Assembly: GCA_963752605.1 (NCBI GenBank)
Contig: CAVVYW010000009.1
Coordinates: 3,863-67,862 of the forward strand
From: an uncultured Solirubrobacterales bacterium
GTDB lineage: Bacteria > Actinomycetota > Thermoleophilia > Solirubrobacterales > 70-9
Direction: 5' to 3'
Length of the DNA: 64,000 nucleotides
Of this stretch, positions 26,338 through 35,485 are shown one piece after another. Made by a program: the position numbers and the translations under genes. Within the stretch, counting starts at the first letter, position 1, and every line of letters starts with the position of its first letter. The notes beneath the pieces are model-generated. The model did no database searches. It was given only the letters and a program-made list of their open reading frames with translations, and was not told the origin of the DNA.

Positions 26338-27079
26338 ATGTCGCGGTTCCTGGCAACAGCTGTCTCGGCGGCGCTGGCGCTCGCATTCGCCGCGCCCGCG
26401 GCTGCACAGAGCCCCTATCCGGAGGGCCCCTTCGCCCCCTGGGACGGCGCTAACCCATTCAACTGCGTTCTTCAGGACGCGGGCACCGGGACGACCGTGC
26501 CCGACCCGGACGCCGATCCCTACTGCGTCGAGTTCGACAAGACGCAGCAGAACCTCACCGACTCAGGCCTGTTCGAGTTCCTCGCCAACGAGCCGGGTCG
26601 CGTCGCGGCCGCGGGGCCCAAGTGCTTCTACTTCCAGAGCGACCACTGGACGGGCTCGGTCGTCCAGGGCGAGGAGCCTGAGCTCTGGCACTGGGACGGC
26701 CAGTACTTCTTCGACAAGGCGCGCGGGGTCGGCGGCGTCAACGTCCAGAACTTCCGGATCCTCGGCCAGCCCGCGTCCCCCAGCGACTACGGCGAGGTGC
26801 CCGAGGAGATGGCGCCGTACATGGACCAGGGCGGCGGGGGCGCCTACATCATCGGAGAGCGTCGACGTGGACCCGAACTGCGTCGCCAGGGTCGACACGC
26901 CCGAGGAGGCGGCTCAGGTCTATGCCGGCGGCGGCCCGGCCCCCCAGGCCGGCGGTGCGCCGGGTCGGCGCCCCGCAGCCGGCGGAGCAACCTCGGCCGC
27001 CGCTCAGAAGAAGTGCAAGCGCAAGGGCAGGCGAGGCAAGTCCGCGGCCCGCAAGCGCTGCAAGCGCAAGCAGCGCTAA
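26338..27079 (+). CDS. secreted protein with poly-Lys/Arg two-Cys tail; +1 frameshift near 26845-26862
   Basis: The ATG at 26338 gives signal peptide MSRFLATAVSAALALAFAAPAAA. The frame is good up to ...GGGGAYIIGE. The +1 frame continues SVDVDPNCVARVDTPEEAAQVY...QKKCKRKGRRGKSAARKRCKRKQR. Confidence 0.6.
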
Positions 27080-27354
27080 GCGAGCTCTTCGACCTTCTTC
27101 GCCAGCTCGAAGTCGTTCTCGGTGATGCCGCCCTCGGCGTGCGTCGAGATCGCGACCTCGACCTGGCTCCAGGACACGGCGAGGTCGGGATGGTGGTTCA
27201 TCTTCTCGGCGGGCTCGACCAGTGAGTCGATGAACTTGATCGAGCCGACGAAGTCATCGCGATCGAAGCTCTTCACTATCGACTCGCCCCGGTGCTGCCA
27301 GCCGGGAAGCTCCTTCAGCCGCTTCTTTATCTCCTCGTCGCTCAGAAGTGCCAT
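27076..27354 (-). CDS. 4a-hydroxytetrahydrobiopterin (pterin-4-alpha-carbinolamine) dehydratase
   Basis: 92 aa. Motif GW....I.K.F.F.DF..S..F...V...AE...HHPD is characteristic of PCD. Confidence 0.9.
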   Translation of the reverse strand: MALLSDEEIKKRLKELPGWQHRGESIVKSFDRDDFVGSIKFIDSLVEPAEKMNHHPDLAVSWSQVEVAISTHAEGGITENDFELAKKVEELA

Positions 27355-27363
27355 ATTCGTTCC

Positions 27364-28275
27364 ATGCGGATCGCCAGCCTAGTCCCCTCGGCCACCGAGA
27401 TGCTTTTCGCCCTCGGCCTGGGCGACTCGGTCGTGGCCGTCACCCACGAATGCGACTTTCCGCCCGAGGCCTCGTCCAAACCCCACCTCACGCGCAGCAT
27501 CATCCCCGAGGGGCTCGAGGCCGGGGAGATCGACGCGGCCGTGCGCGAGGCGCTGGGCGCCGGGCGCCACCTCTACGAGCTGGACGAGCCCGCGCTCGCC
27601 GAGCAGCGGCCCGACCTGATCGTCACCCAGGCGGTCTGCGAGGTCTGCGCTGTCTCCTATGACGACGTGGTCGCTGTTGCGGCTCGCCTCCCTGGACGCC
27701 CCGCGGTCCTCTCGCTCGACCCCTCGAGCCTGAATGAGGTGCTCGCCGACGTGACCCGTCTGGGCGAGGCGGCCGGCGTCACAGAGCGAGCGGCCGAGCT
27801 TCGCGCCGAGCTCGAGCGGCGCCTCGCCGCGGTCCGCGAGGCTGTCGAGGGTGCGTCGCGGCCGACCGTGCTGGCGCTCGAGTGGCTCGATCCTCCGTTC
27901 GTCGGCGGCCACTGGGTGCCGGAGATGATCGAGGCGGCCGGAGGCAGGGACGTGCTCGGCGAGCCGGGCCAGAAGTCACGCACGGCCACCTGGGAGGAGT
28001 TGGCCGCCTCCCGGCCGGAGGTCGTGATCGCGATGCCGTGCGGCTGGGACGCGCCGAAGGCGCGATCGGAGGTGCTCAAGCGCGCCGACCAGGTCGCAGC
28101 GATCGGTGCGAGCCGCATCTGGGCCGTGGATGCGGCCGCCTCCTTCTCGCGCCCAGGGCCGCGGCTGATCGAGGGCACCGAGCTGCTCGCGCACCTGCTG
28201 CACCCGGATAGGGTTGGAGCGCCGGATGGCGTCCCGTTCCAGGAGGTGTTGGTTCGTGACCTCGCCGCGCGTTAG
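27364..28275 (+). CDS. cobalamin/siderophore-type periplasmic-binding-fold protein (BtuF-like), no signal peptide
   Basis: The ATG at 27364 gives MRIASLVPSATEMLFALGLGDSVVAVTHECDFP, typical of PF01497 cobalamin-binding proteins. Confidence 0.85.
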   Translation: MRIASLVPSATEMLFALGLGDSVVAVTHECDFPPEASSKPHLTRSIIPEGLEAGEIDAAVREALGAGRHLYELDEPALAEQRPDLIVTQAVCEVCAVSYDDVVAVAARLPGRPAVLSLDPSSLNEVLADVTRLGEAAGVTERAAELRAELERRLAAVREAVEGASRPTVLALEWLDPPFVGGHWVPEMIEAAGGRDVLGEPGQKSRTATWEELAASRPEVVIAMPCGWDAPKARSEVLKRADQVAAIGASRIWAVDAAASFSRPGPRLIEGTELLAHLLHPDRVGAPDGVPFQEVLVRDLAAR

Positions 28276-28284
28276 GAGGAGACC

Positions 28285-29151
28285 ATGGGCATGAACTGGG
28301 CCGAGCACACGGTCGAGATCGACGCCCCGATCGAGACCTGCTTCGACGCGATCGTCGACTACGAGAGCTTTCCCGCCTGGCAGGGCGCCGTGGTCAGCAC
28401 AGAGGTGCTGAACCGCGACAAGGACGGGCTCGGCAAGCGGGTGCGCCTGTTCGTCGACGCCAAGGTCCGGAAGGTGGACTACACGCTCGACTACCGCTAC
28501 GAGCGGCCCACCAGGATCGAGTGGGACTACGTCGAGGGCAACGGGATCGACGACGCCGACGGCCAGTACATGTTCGAGTCCCTCGGCGACGACCGCACCC
28601 GCGCCACCTACAAGCTCGGACTCGAGGTGGGCATCCCCCTCCCGGGCCCGGTCGCCCGGCGGGCGCACAAGCAGACGCTGAAGGGGTCGGTCGAGGACCT
28701 GAAGCGAGAGGCCGAGCGGCGCGCCACCGCCGAGGAGGGGGCGAAGTCGGCGTCGAGGGCGAAGGGCCTCGCGGCGTTCGGCCGCCGCCGCCCGCCCGAG
28801 GAGCGCGAGGGCGAGGCGCCGCCCGAGGCACCGAAAGCAGAGGCGCCCGTCCCCGACGCGGCCGAGGACGCGATGCGCCGGCGCCTGGGCGGCCGCATCT
28901 CCGGCAGGGTCCGCGAGCGGATCCCGGACAGCGCCGGCTCAGCCGCATCGGCCCCGACGGACCTGGCGGGGCGGGCCATCTCCCTGGGGCGAGGGGTCGC
29001 CGGTACGACGATCCGGACGGGCCGCGACGTCGCCTCGGGCACCGTCAGGGCGGGAGTGGGAGTGGCCCGCTCGACGGTGGGCGCGGGCATCGGACTGGCC
29101 CGCACGGCCACCGACCGCGCCGCGCGGCTGGTGCGCCGCGCTCGCGGCTAA
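28285..29151 (+). CDS. SRPBCC (START/polyketide-cyclase-like) protein with long low-complexity C-terminus
   Basis: AGGAGGA lies before the ATG. The N-terminal 145 aa have an SRPBCC pattern (EHTVEIDAPIETCFDAIVDYESFPAWQ). Confidence 0.8.
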   Translation: MGMNWAEHTVEIDAPIETCFDAIVDYESFPAWQGAVVSTEVLNRDKDGLGKRVRLFVDAKVRKVDYTLDYRYERPTRIEWDYVEGNGIDDADGQYMFESLGDDRTRATYKLGLEVGIPLPGPVARRAHKQTLKGSVEDLKREAERRATAEEGAKSASRAKGLAAFGRRRPPEEREGEAPPEAPKAEAPVPDAAEDAMRRRLGGRISGRVRERIPDSAGSAASAPTDLAGRAISLGRGVAGTTIRTGRDVASGTVRAGVGVARSTVGAGIGLARTATDRAARLVRRARG

Positions 29152-29165
29152 ACCCCGCGCCGGGG

Positions 29166-29984
29166 CTAGGCCGCGCTCGCCGCGGCGAGCGAGCCCACTA
29201 CGGCGAGCACCGCCAGCAGCAGCAGGCCCCCGACCTCGAAGGCGGTCCCGACCCGCCCCGGCGCCTGGCGCTCCACCCCGACCAGGAGCAGGGCCGCGAC
29301 GCCGCCGCCGACGAGTCCGCCCAGGTGGCCGCCGATGGAGATGTTCGGAATCGCAAAGGTGAGCGCGAGGTTGAGCACGATGAACAGCCCGAACTGGCTC
29401 GCGAGCTCCTCCATCCCCCGGCCTCTCGCCACCACCACCACGGCGGCCATCAACCCGAAGATCGCCCCGGACGCACCGACCGTGAGGTCGTTCGGGCTGA
29501 GGAGCAGGGCGCCGAAGGAGCCGGCCAGCAGCGAGATGAAGTAGATCGCGAGAAAGCGCGGGGTCCCGATCCCGGGCTCCAGCAGCGTCCCCGCCACATA
29601 GAGGACGTACATGTTGAAGAGCAGATGGATCGGTCCGGCATGCAGGAAGCCGCCGGTGACGATCCGGTAGGCGTCGCCGTCCGAGACCGCCGGGCCGAAG
29701 ATCCCGCCGTCGTGGATCAGGTCTCCCGAGGTGGCGCTGCCTCCGCTCCCGAGCTGCGCGATGAAGGCGACCACGTTGATCGCGATCAGCGCGTAGGTCG
29801 CGTACGGGGTGTGGGCGCCGCTGAATGCTCCGCCACCCGACCGCACCTTGGTGCGCTGCTTCGCACACTCCGGGCAGCGCATCCCGACCGGGGTCGAGGT
29901 CATGCACTCCGGGCAGATCGGCCGGCCGCAGTTCGAGCAGGCCACGCCCGTCTCGCGCCCGGGATGGCGGTAGCAGGTCTCCAC
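29166..29984 (-). CDS. rhomboid family intramembrane serine protease with N-terminal zinc ribbon
   Basis: Motifs CYRHPGRETGVACSNCGRPICPEC, GASGAIFG (catalytic Ser) and GGHLGG (catalytic His). Confidence 0.9.
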   Translation of the reverse strand: METCYRHPGRETGVACSNCGRPICPECMTSTPVGMRCPECAKQRTKVRSGGGAFSGAHTPYATYALIAINVVAFIAQLGSGGSATSGDLIHDGGIFGPAVSDGDAYRIVTGGFLHAGPIHLLFNMYVLYVAGTLLEPGIGTPRFLAIYFISLLAGSFGALLLSPNDLTVGASGAIFGLMAAVVVVARGRGMEELASQFGLFIVLNLALTFAIPNISIGGHLGGLVGGGVAALLLVGVERQAPGRVGTAFEVGGLLLLAVLAVVGSLAAASAA

Positions 29985-30028
29985 GGGGCCAGCCTATTCC
30001 AGGCGCCTGCTCGGCTCGGGGATGGGGA

Positions 30029-30701
30029 TCAGTCGATCCTGGCGCTGAGGACCGGCGGCAGGTTGGGAACCTTGCGGCCCGGCTGCGATTCCTCGGTCAC
30101 CATCACGCGGTCGCCGGGCTTGAGGTCGGCGGAAACCGTGGCGGTCGCCATCCCGCCCTGGTCCGGGACGAAGCTCGAGGCGGGCCGGACCGCCCCGTCC
30201 TGCGCCACCCAGACCTGGTAGACGGATCCCTTGGCGAGCTGTGGCATCCCGGTCACCTCGAGCGTCGCCGCGGTCCTCCGAGACCTGGAGCTCGCCGCCG
30301 ACCCCGCTCTGGCTCTCGAGGGGAACCTCGTCCGGGCCGCCGGACTCCTCGTCGTCCCGGATCGCGTAGCCCGCGACCCCGGCGCCCACCACCGCAAGCG
30401 CCGCCAGGCCGGCGGCGGGCCGAAGGATCAGCCTCGACAGCGGGCGGCGCTCGCGGGCAGGTCCCGCCGGCGCCCGCTCGGCGTCGGAGCGGACGGTGCC
30501 GAGCACCCTCTCGCGAAGCTCCCGCGGCGGCTCGAGCTGCTCGACCGACTCCCCGAGGACGGCGACCGCGGGCGCCAGAGCCCGCAGTTCACGGGTACAG
30601 CGCTCGCAGCCGTGGGCGTGGGCCTCCACCGAGCGCTCCTCGTCCGGCTCGAGGGCTCCGATCGAATAGGCGGCGAGGTCATCGCGGCTCGGGCAACTCA
30701 C
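30029..30701 (-). CDS. anti-sigma factor (zf-HC2 N-terminus, RskA-like C-terminus); +1 frameshift near 30262-30285
   Basis: The GTG at 30701 lies 1 nt after the sigma gene stop. Motif HAHGCERC and one TM helix. The RskA-like C-terminal domain (LEVTGMPQLAKGSVYQVWV...MVTEE) sits in the +1 frame, ending at 30029. Confidence 0.7.
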
Positions 30702-30702
30702 C

Positions 30703-31287
30703 TCAGGCCCCCTCCGCAAGGCCCTCGGCGAGGGAGGCCCTGATCTTCTCCATCCCCAGCCGCATCCGGCCCTTGATCGTCCCGAGCGGCTCGTTGAGCA
30801 TCTTCGCGATCTCGGAGTGGGTGAAGCCGCCGAAGTACGCCAGCCCGATCACCTTGGACTGCTCCTCGGGAAGGCCTGAGATCGCGCCCCTCACCTGCCG
30901 TGCCGTCTCGCGGCGGAGCGCCTCGACGTCGGTCAGCTTGTCCGATGGCTCCCGCTCGAGCAGCTCCTCCGAGTCGAAGGCCGGCCGCGGGGCGCGCCCG
31001 GAGTCCCGTCGCAGCAGGTCGATGGCGCGGTTGCGAACGATGCCGAGCGTCCAGGCACGGACGCTGCCGCGCGCGCGGTCGAAGCGTGCGCCGCTGCGCC
31101 AGATCGAGATCAGCGCCTCCTGGGTGACGTCCTCCGCCGACTGGCGGTCGCCGACGATCCGGTAGGCGAGCGAATAGGCGGCGCCCGCATGGCGGTCGTA
31201 GAAGATCTCGAAGGCGACCGGGTCCTTCTCGGCGATGCGAGGCATGAGGTCCTCGTCCGCCAGTCGCTGCAATTCGGAGAGCGTCAT
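30703..31287 (-). CDS. ECF RNA polymerase sigma factor
   Basis: 194 aa. Region 2 (AYSLAYRIVGDRQSAEDVTQEA) and region 4 (GFTHSEIAKMLNEPLGTIKGR). Confidence 0.9.
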   Translation of the reverse strand: MTLSELQRLADEDLMPRIAEKDPVAFEIFYDRHAGAAYSLAYRIVGDRQSAEDVTQEALISIWRSGARFDRARGSVRAWTLGIVRNRAIDLLRRDSGRAPRPAFDSEELLEREPSDKLTDVEALRRETARQVRGAISGLPEEQSKVIGLAYFGGFTHSEIAKMLNEPLGTIKGRMRLGMEKIRASLAEGLAEGA

Positions 31288-31376
31288 CGAGCGGGGCGGT
31301 GATCCATTGCGTGGTCAGTCACGGTATTGGGTACGAGACGCTCACTCCCACGGATCAAGTCCACAAGGAGGAATGG

Positions 31377-31823
31377 ATGGAAGGCTCAAGCCCAGCAAGG
31401 CTGTACTGCCTGCTCATCGGCGCCGTCCTGGTGGTCGCGGGCATCACGGGGTTCTTCTACGAGTCCAGTTTCGACACAGGAGACGAGATCGTCTCCGAGG
31501 ACGTGCTCGGGGTCCTGGCCGTGAACGGCTGGCACAACCTGGTGCACCTGACGATCGGCGGCGTCCTGCTGCTGGCGGCGGGAAGCGCGGCTCGCGTTGC
31601 GGCGCTGGGCGTCGGTGTGCTCTACATCGCGCTCAGCATCCTCGGCTTCATCGCGACCGGTGGCGACGGCATCAACTTCGTCGCGGAGAACAACGTCCTG
31701 ATCGACCTGGTCCCCGTGAACGACGAGGACAACGTGCTGCACGCGATCCTCGGAGTGACGGGCGTGCTGGCGGCCCTTGCGACCCGTGCGCGAGCACCGG
31801 CCGCGCCGGCTCCTGCGGCCTAG
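31377..31823 (+). CDS. DUF4383-like membrane protein
   Basis: AAGGAGG lies before the ATG at 31377. Four TM segments with NGWHNLVHL and NVLH motifs. Confidence 0.7.
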   Translation: MEGSSPARLYCLLIGAVLVVAGITGFFYESSFDTGDEIVSEDVLGVLAVNGWHNLVHLTIGGVLLLAAGSAARVAALGVGVLYIALSILGFIATGGDGINFVAENNVLIDLVPVNDEDNVLHAILGVTGVLAALATRARAPAAPAPAA

Positions 31824-31872
31824 GCAACTCGGGGAATCGAGCTGGACGGCGCGCCCGCGAAAGCGGGCGCGC

Positions 31873-32205
31873 CTAGTTGAGGCGGGAGCGGACCTGCTCG
31901 GCGATCCCGGAGATCCCCCCGGGGCGCCTGCGGCGGCGGAGCTCCAGTACCAGCAGCCCCCCCGCGGCCACGCCGCCGGCGGCCAGCGCCGCCGCGGGGC
32001 GCACCCAGTTCCGCGGGTCGCGAAGGGAGGCGAGCTCCGACTCTGAGAGCTCCTCGGCCCAGGCTGAGAGCTCCTCGGCGGCGGCCTCGGTGACCGCGCT
32101 CAGGGTCTCCTCCATCCTGCCCGGCAGGTTCTCGGGAGGCTCGATCGGGCGGAGCGCCGACCGCAGCAGGTCCTCGACGTCGGTGTTCGGTCGTTCCTCA
32201 GGCAT
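31873..32205 (-). CDS. small membrane-anchored protein, possible anti-sigma partner
   Basis: 110 aa. Overlaps the upstream ECF sigma gene by 8 nt. Has a C-terminal TM helix followed by RRRRR. Confidence 0.5.
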   Translation of the reverse strand: MPEERPNTDVEDLLRSALRPIEPPENLPGRMEETLSAVTEAAAEELSAWAEELSESELASLRDPRNWVRPAAALAAGGVAAGGLLVLELRRRRRPGGISGIAEQVRSRLN

Positions 32206-32749
32206 CCGTATCCATCTCCTCCTGCAGCTGCTTGATCGCGCGATGGATCAGGACCTTGGTGGCGCCATCGGTGCGCCCCAGGGCCCGGGCGATCTCTCGG
32301 TTGTCCATGCCGAGCGCGAAGCGCATGATCAGGGCCTCGCGCCGGTCGCCGGGAAGCTGGTCGAGGTGGGTCATCACCCGCTTCAACTCCTCCCGGCCCT
32401 CGACGATTTGCTCCGTTCCGTGCAGCGCGGCGATGGGCTCGACGTTGTCGAGGACCGCCTGAGGCCGCCGGGCGCGATCGCGGTGGAAATTGGAGGCCAG
32501 GTTGTGGGCGATGCGAATGAGCCAGGGCCGCAGCGGCCGGCCGTTCGACTCGCGCTGCGCGCGCTCGAAGTGCCGGTAGGCCTGGAGAAAGGCCTGCTCG
32601 GTGAGGTCCTCCGCGTCGTGGTGGTTTCCCACCCGGTAGTACGAGTACGAGTAGACGTCGCGCAGATGGTCTCTGTAGAGGCGCTCGAAGTCCCGATCCA
32701 GCTTGGCCTTCGCCTCGTCCGGGGCAGGCGCCCGGTCTGTCTCGGCCAC
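32198..32749 (-). CDS. ECF RNA polymerase sigma factor
   Basis: 183 aa. Sigma-70 region 2 (VYSYSYYRVGNHHDAEDLTEQAF) and region 4 (MDNREIARALGRTDGATKVLIHRA). Confidence 0.9.
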   Translation of the reverse strand: MAETDRAPAPDEAKAKLDRDFERLYRDHLRDVYSYSYYRVGNHHDAEDLTEQAFLQAYRHFERAQRESNGRPLRPWLIRIAHNLASNFHRDRARRPQAVLDNVEPIAALHGTEQIVEGREELKRVMTHLDQLPGDRREALIMRFALGMDNREIARALGRTDGATKVLIHRAIKQLQEEMDTDA

Positions 32750-32768
32750 GCTCCAAGCCTACTCCGCA

Positions 32769-34451
32769 TCACGCGGCCCTCCTTTGCCGTTCGGCGCGGC
32801 GCAGGCGCGCCATCCACTCGCCGGGCGAGAGGTCCCCGGCCACAAGTCCGGCGAGGCCCTCGAGCGCCTCTGAGCCCGTGCCCGCCTTGCGCACCGCCTG
32901 CGCGATCAGGGGAACGGAGTCGAGCGCCTCGGATGCCTGGCCGATGATCCCCGGGATCTGCTCCGCGGGCGTGCCCTGCCCGAGCAGCTCGCCTGCGCGC
33001 CGGTTGCGGCTTCCCGGGGCCAGGATGGTCGCCGTGAGATCGCCGACGCCGGCCAGGCCGGAGAAGGTCTCCAGGTCGGCGCCCCTGACGAGGGCGTAGT
33101 CCACGCACTCGCGCCAGACGTGCGCGGTGGCGATCCCGGCGGCGTTCATCCCCTGCGACTCGGCGGCGGCCCCCGCGAGCGCGGCGGCGTTCTTGGCGGC
33201 CCCCGCGACCTCGACCCCGACCACGTCGTCGGAGCGCTCGCAGACAAGGCCTGCCTCGTCGAAGACGCCGCCGAGCTGGTCGCGCAGGTCCGGATCCCGG
33301 CTGCCCAGCACCAGGGCGGCCGTGCCCGAGACCGCCTCCTTGGCGTGCGCGGGACCGCCGAGAGAGGCGATCGCACGGGCCCGGACCCGCTCGCCCACGT
33401 ACTCCGACGGAAGGGCGGCCATCGGGGCGACCATGCCCTTGCTGAGCAGGAGAACCGAGGCGCGCTGGCCGACCCGGTCGCCGATCGAGCCGACAGCCTG
33501 CGGCAGCGCGGCCGATGGGACGGCGAGGACCACGAGATCTGCCCCGGCGAGCTCGATCTCCGAGGCGCGTTTCACCGTCAGTGAGTCGGGAAGCTGGACG
33601 CCGGGGAGGTAGCGCTCGTTCGCGCGGCTCTCGGACATCTCCTGTGCACGCTCCTCGGTGCGGGTGCCGAGCTGGACCTCCAGCCCGCCCCTCGCGAGGA
33701 GCACCGCGACGGCGGTGCCCCAGCTCCCCGCCCCGATCACGGCGGCCTTGCGCAGCGGAGGAAGGCCGCCCAGCCATTCCCATTGCAGCTCGATCACCGG
33801 CCAGATCCGGGCGCCGACCGAGTTGGCGAGTGCGGGCGAGGGGTCCTCGGTCATCGGGAAGGTCAGGGCCCGGCCCATGCGGAGCTTCACCTTGCGAGGG
33901 CGGACCCGCCAGCCGTTGCGCACGTACTCGGTCCCGTGCACGGCGACGGGCAGGACCGCAGCGCCGGTCTCGAGCGCGAGGCGGCCGAAGCCGCGCTTCG
34001 GCCGGCCCAGGGACCCGGTCCGGATCCGGGTGCCCTCGGGGAAGATGCAGACGACCCCGCCGCGCCTCAGCACCTCGCGGGAGGTGATCAGGGTCTCCTC
34101 GTCGGACTGCCCGCGGCGCACGGGGTAGGCGCCGAGCCGGTTCAGCAGCCACCCCTGCCAGCGCTTCTCGAAGAGCTCCACCTTGGCCACGTAGTGCAAC
34201 GGGCGGCGCCACGGAAGCGAGGCGCCGATCACGAAGGGGTCGAGGAAGCTGCGGTGGTTCGAGGCGACGATCAGCGGGCCCTGAACGCGGGCGTGCTCAC
34301 GGCCGATCCGCGAAACGCGGAGGTAGATGAGCAGGCAGATCTGGATCAGGGCGCGCGCGATGACGTACATCGGCCGGTTCACGCCGTGCTCGCGGGTGAA
34401 CCGGTGGTAGCTGAGCAGTCTCTCCTGGTCCATGGGCAAGGGGGACAACAC
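32769..34451 (-). CDS. fusion: 1-acyl-sn-glycerol-3-phosphate acyltransferase (PlsC) plus NAD(P)H glycerol-3-phosphate dehydrogenase (GpsA)
   Basis: N-terminal NHRSFLDP (HX4D) and FPEGTR. From about aa 230, AVIGAGSWGTAVAVLLA and a full GpsA-like sequence in one uninterrupted frame. Confidence 0.88.
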   Translation of the reverse strand: MLSPLPMDQERLLSYHRFTREHGVNRPMYVIARALIQICLLIYLRVSRIGREHARVQGPLIVASNHRSFLDPFVIGASLPWRRPLHYVAKVELFEKRWQGWLLNRLGAYPVRRGQSDEETLITSREVLRRGGVVCIFPEGTRIRTGSLGRPKRGFGRLALETGAAVLPVAVHGTEYVRNGWRVRPRKVKLRMGRALTFPMTEDPSPALANSVGARIWPVIELQWEWLGGLPPLRKAAVIGAGSWGTAVAVLLARGGLEVQLGTRTEERAQEMSESRANERYLPGVQLPDSLTVKRASEIELAGADLVVLAVPSAALPQAVGSIGDRVGQRASVLLLSKGMVAPMAALPSEYVGERVRARAIASLGGPAHAKEAVSGTAALVLGSRDPDLRDQLGGVFDEAGLVCERSDDVVGVEVAGAAKNAAALAGAAAESQGMNAAGIATAHVWRECVDYALVRGADLETFSGLAGVGDLTATILAPGSRNRRAGELLGQGTPAEQIPGIIGQASEALDSVPLIAQAVRKAGTGSEALEGLAGLVAGDLSPGEWMARLRRAERQRRAA

Positions 34452-34478
34452 GCCCGCCGCGGGCCAGTTACAGGCTGG

Positions 34479-35484
34479 TCACCAGGCTGCCTCGAGGATC
34501 GCCCTCAGATCCGCTCGGTCGAGCTCGCCGGGCGTCATCTGGAACAGCTCTCCGCGCGCCATCGCGGTGTCGAGGGAGGGTTCGAGGCAGTCCCGGTCCG
34601 CCCCGAGCTCGCCGAGTCGGCGCCGCCCGCCCGCCAGCTCGGCGATCCGGTCACCGATCGCCTCCGGCTGGGTGCCGAGGGCCTCGGCGAGCTTGGCGAT
34701 CTGATCGGGCGCCCGCCCGCGCATCGTGTCCATCGTCACGGGCAGCAGGGCGGCGTAGGCCTCCGCGTGGGGGATCGCGCAGACCCGGACGATCGTCTGG
34801 CCCAGCACGTGATGGAGGGCGAAGCCGGCGCGGTCCACGGCGAAGCCGCAGAGCAGCGCCCCGATCGCCAGCTCGGAGCGGTCTCGCCGCGAGGGCTCCT
34901 GGTCGAGGGCGGTTGCGATCATCCGCGCGCCGCGCAGCGCGGCGCTGCGGGAGATCTCGTCGGCGAGCGGCGTGTAGAGCGACTCGGCGCCGTGCGCGAG
35001 CGCGTTCATCGCGCTTGCGCGCAGCTGCGGCTCGGGCGCGCTGGTCATCGCGGCGGGATCGCCGAGCACAAGCTTCGGCCGGACGCCGCCGTAGCCCTCC
35101 TGCCCCGCCGGCATCCGGTGGAAGCCGGTCATCGGAGCGCCGGACAGGGTGGTCGGGATCGCCGCCACCTCGGCGCCCCTCACCGCGGCGACAGCCTTGG
35201 CCGAGTCGATCACGCGGCCGCCGCCGAGCGCGGCGATCCGTTCGGAGCCGACGTCGTCGAGCAGCGCGGCGGCCGCCTCCGGCACCGGTCCCGGCTTCAC
35301 CTCGTGAACCCGGTTCGCCGCCTCCGCCAGCTCGGGCGCTCCCGCGAGCGCCCGCTTCGTGGAGAGCAGCTCGAACCCGTCCCAGCCGTGCTCGGAGAGG
35401 ACCTTGGCGGCCTTCGCCGAGCAGGCCCTCGCGCACGATCACAGTGCGCTCGCGCCCTGAGTCGCGCCAGGTCAGCTCCGGCAT
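34479..35484 (-). CDS. iron-containing alcohol dehydrogenase / maleylacetate reductase-like; +1 frameshift near 35402-35415
   Basis: The ATG at 35484 gives MPELTWRDSGRERTVIVREGLLGE. The +1 frame continues AAKVLSEHGWDGFELLSTKRAL...GGGRVIDSAKA... to the stop at 34479. Confidence 0.75.
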
Positions 35485-35485
35485 A

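Noticed and set aside
26845-26848. The idea that the 8-nt-loop tRNA decodes quadruplets and explains the +1 frameshifts in the window.
   Set aside because: Only this site (UAC-A) fits a UGUA/UACA or UUGU/ACAA pairing. The well-constrained radA site (CUG CUU G AUC) and the anti-sigma and ADH sites do not fit, and two other disruptions are -1 type. Assembly indels explain all of them more simply.
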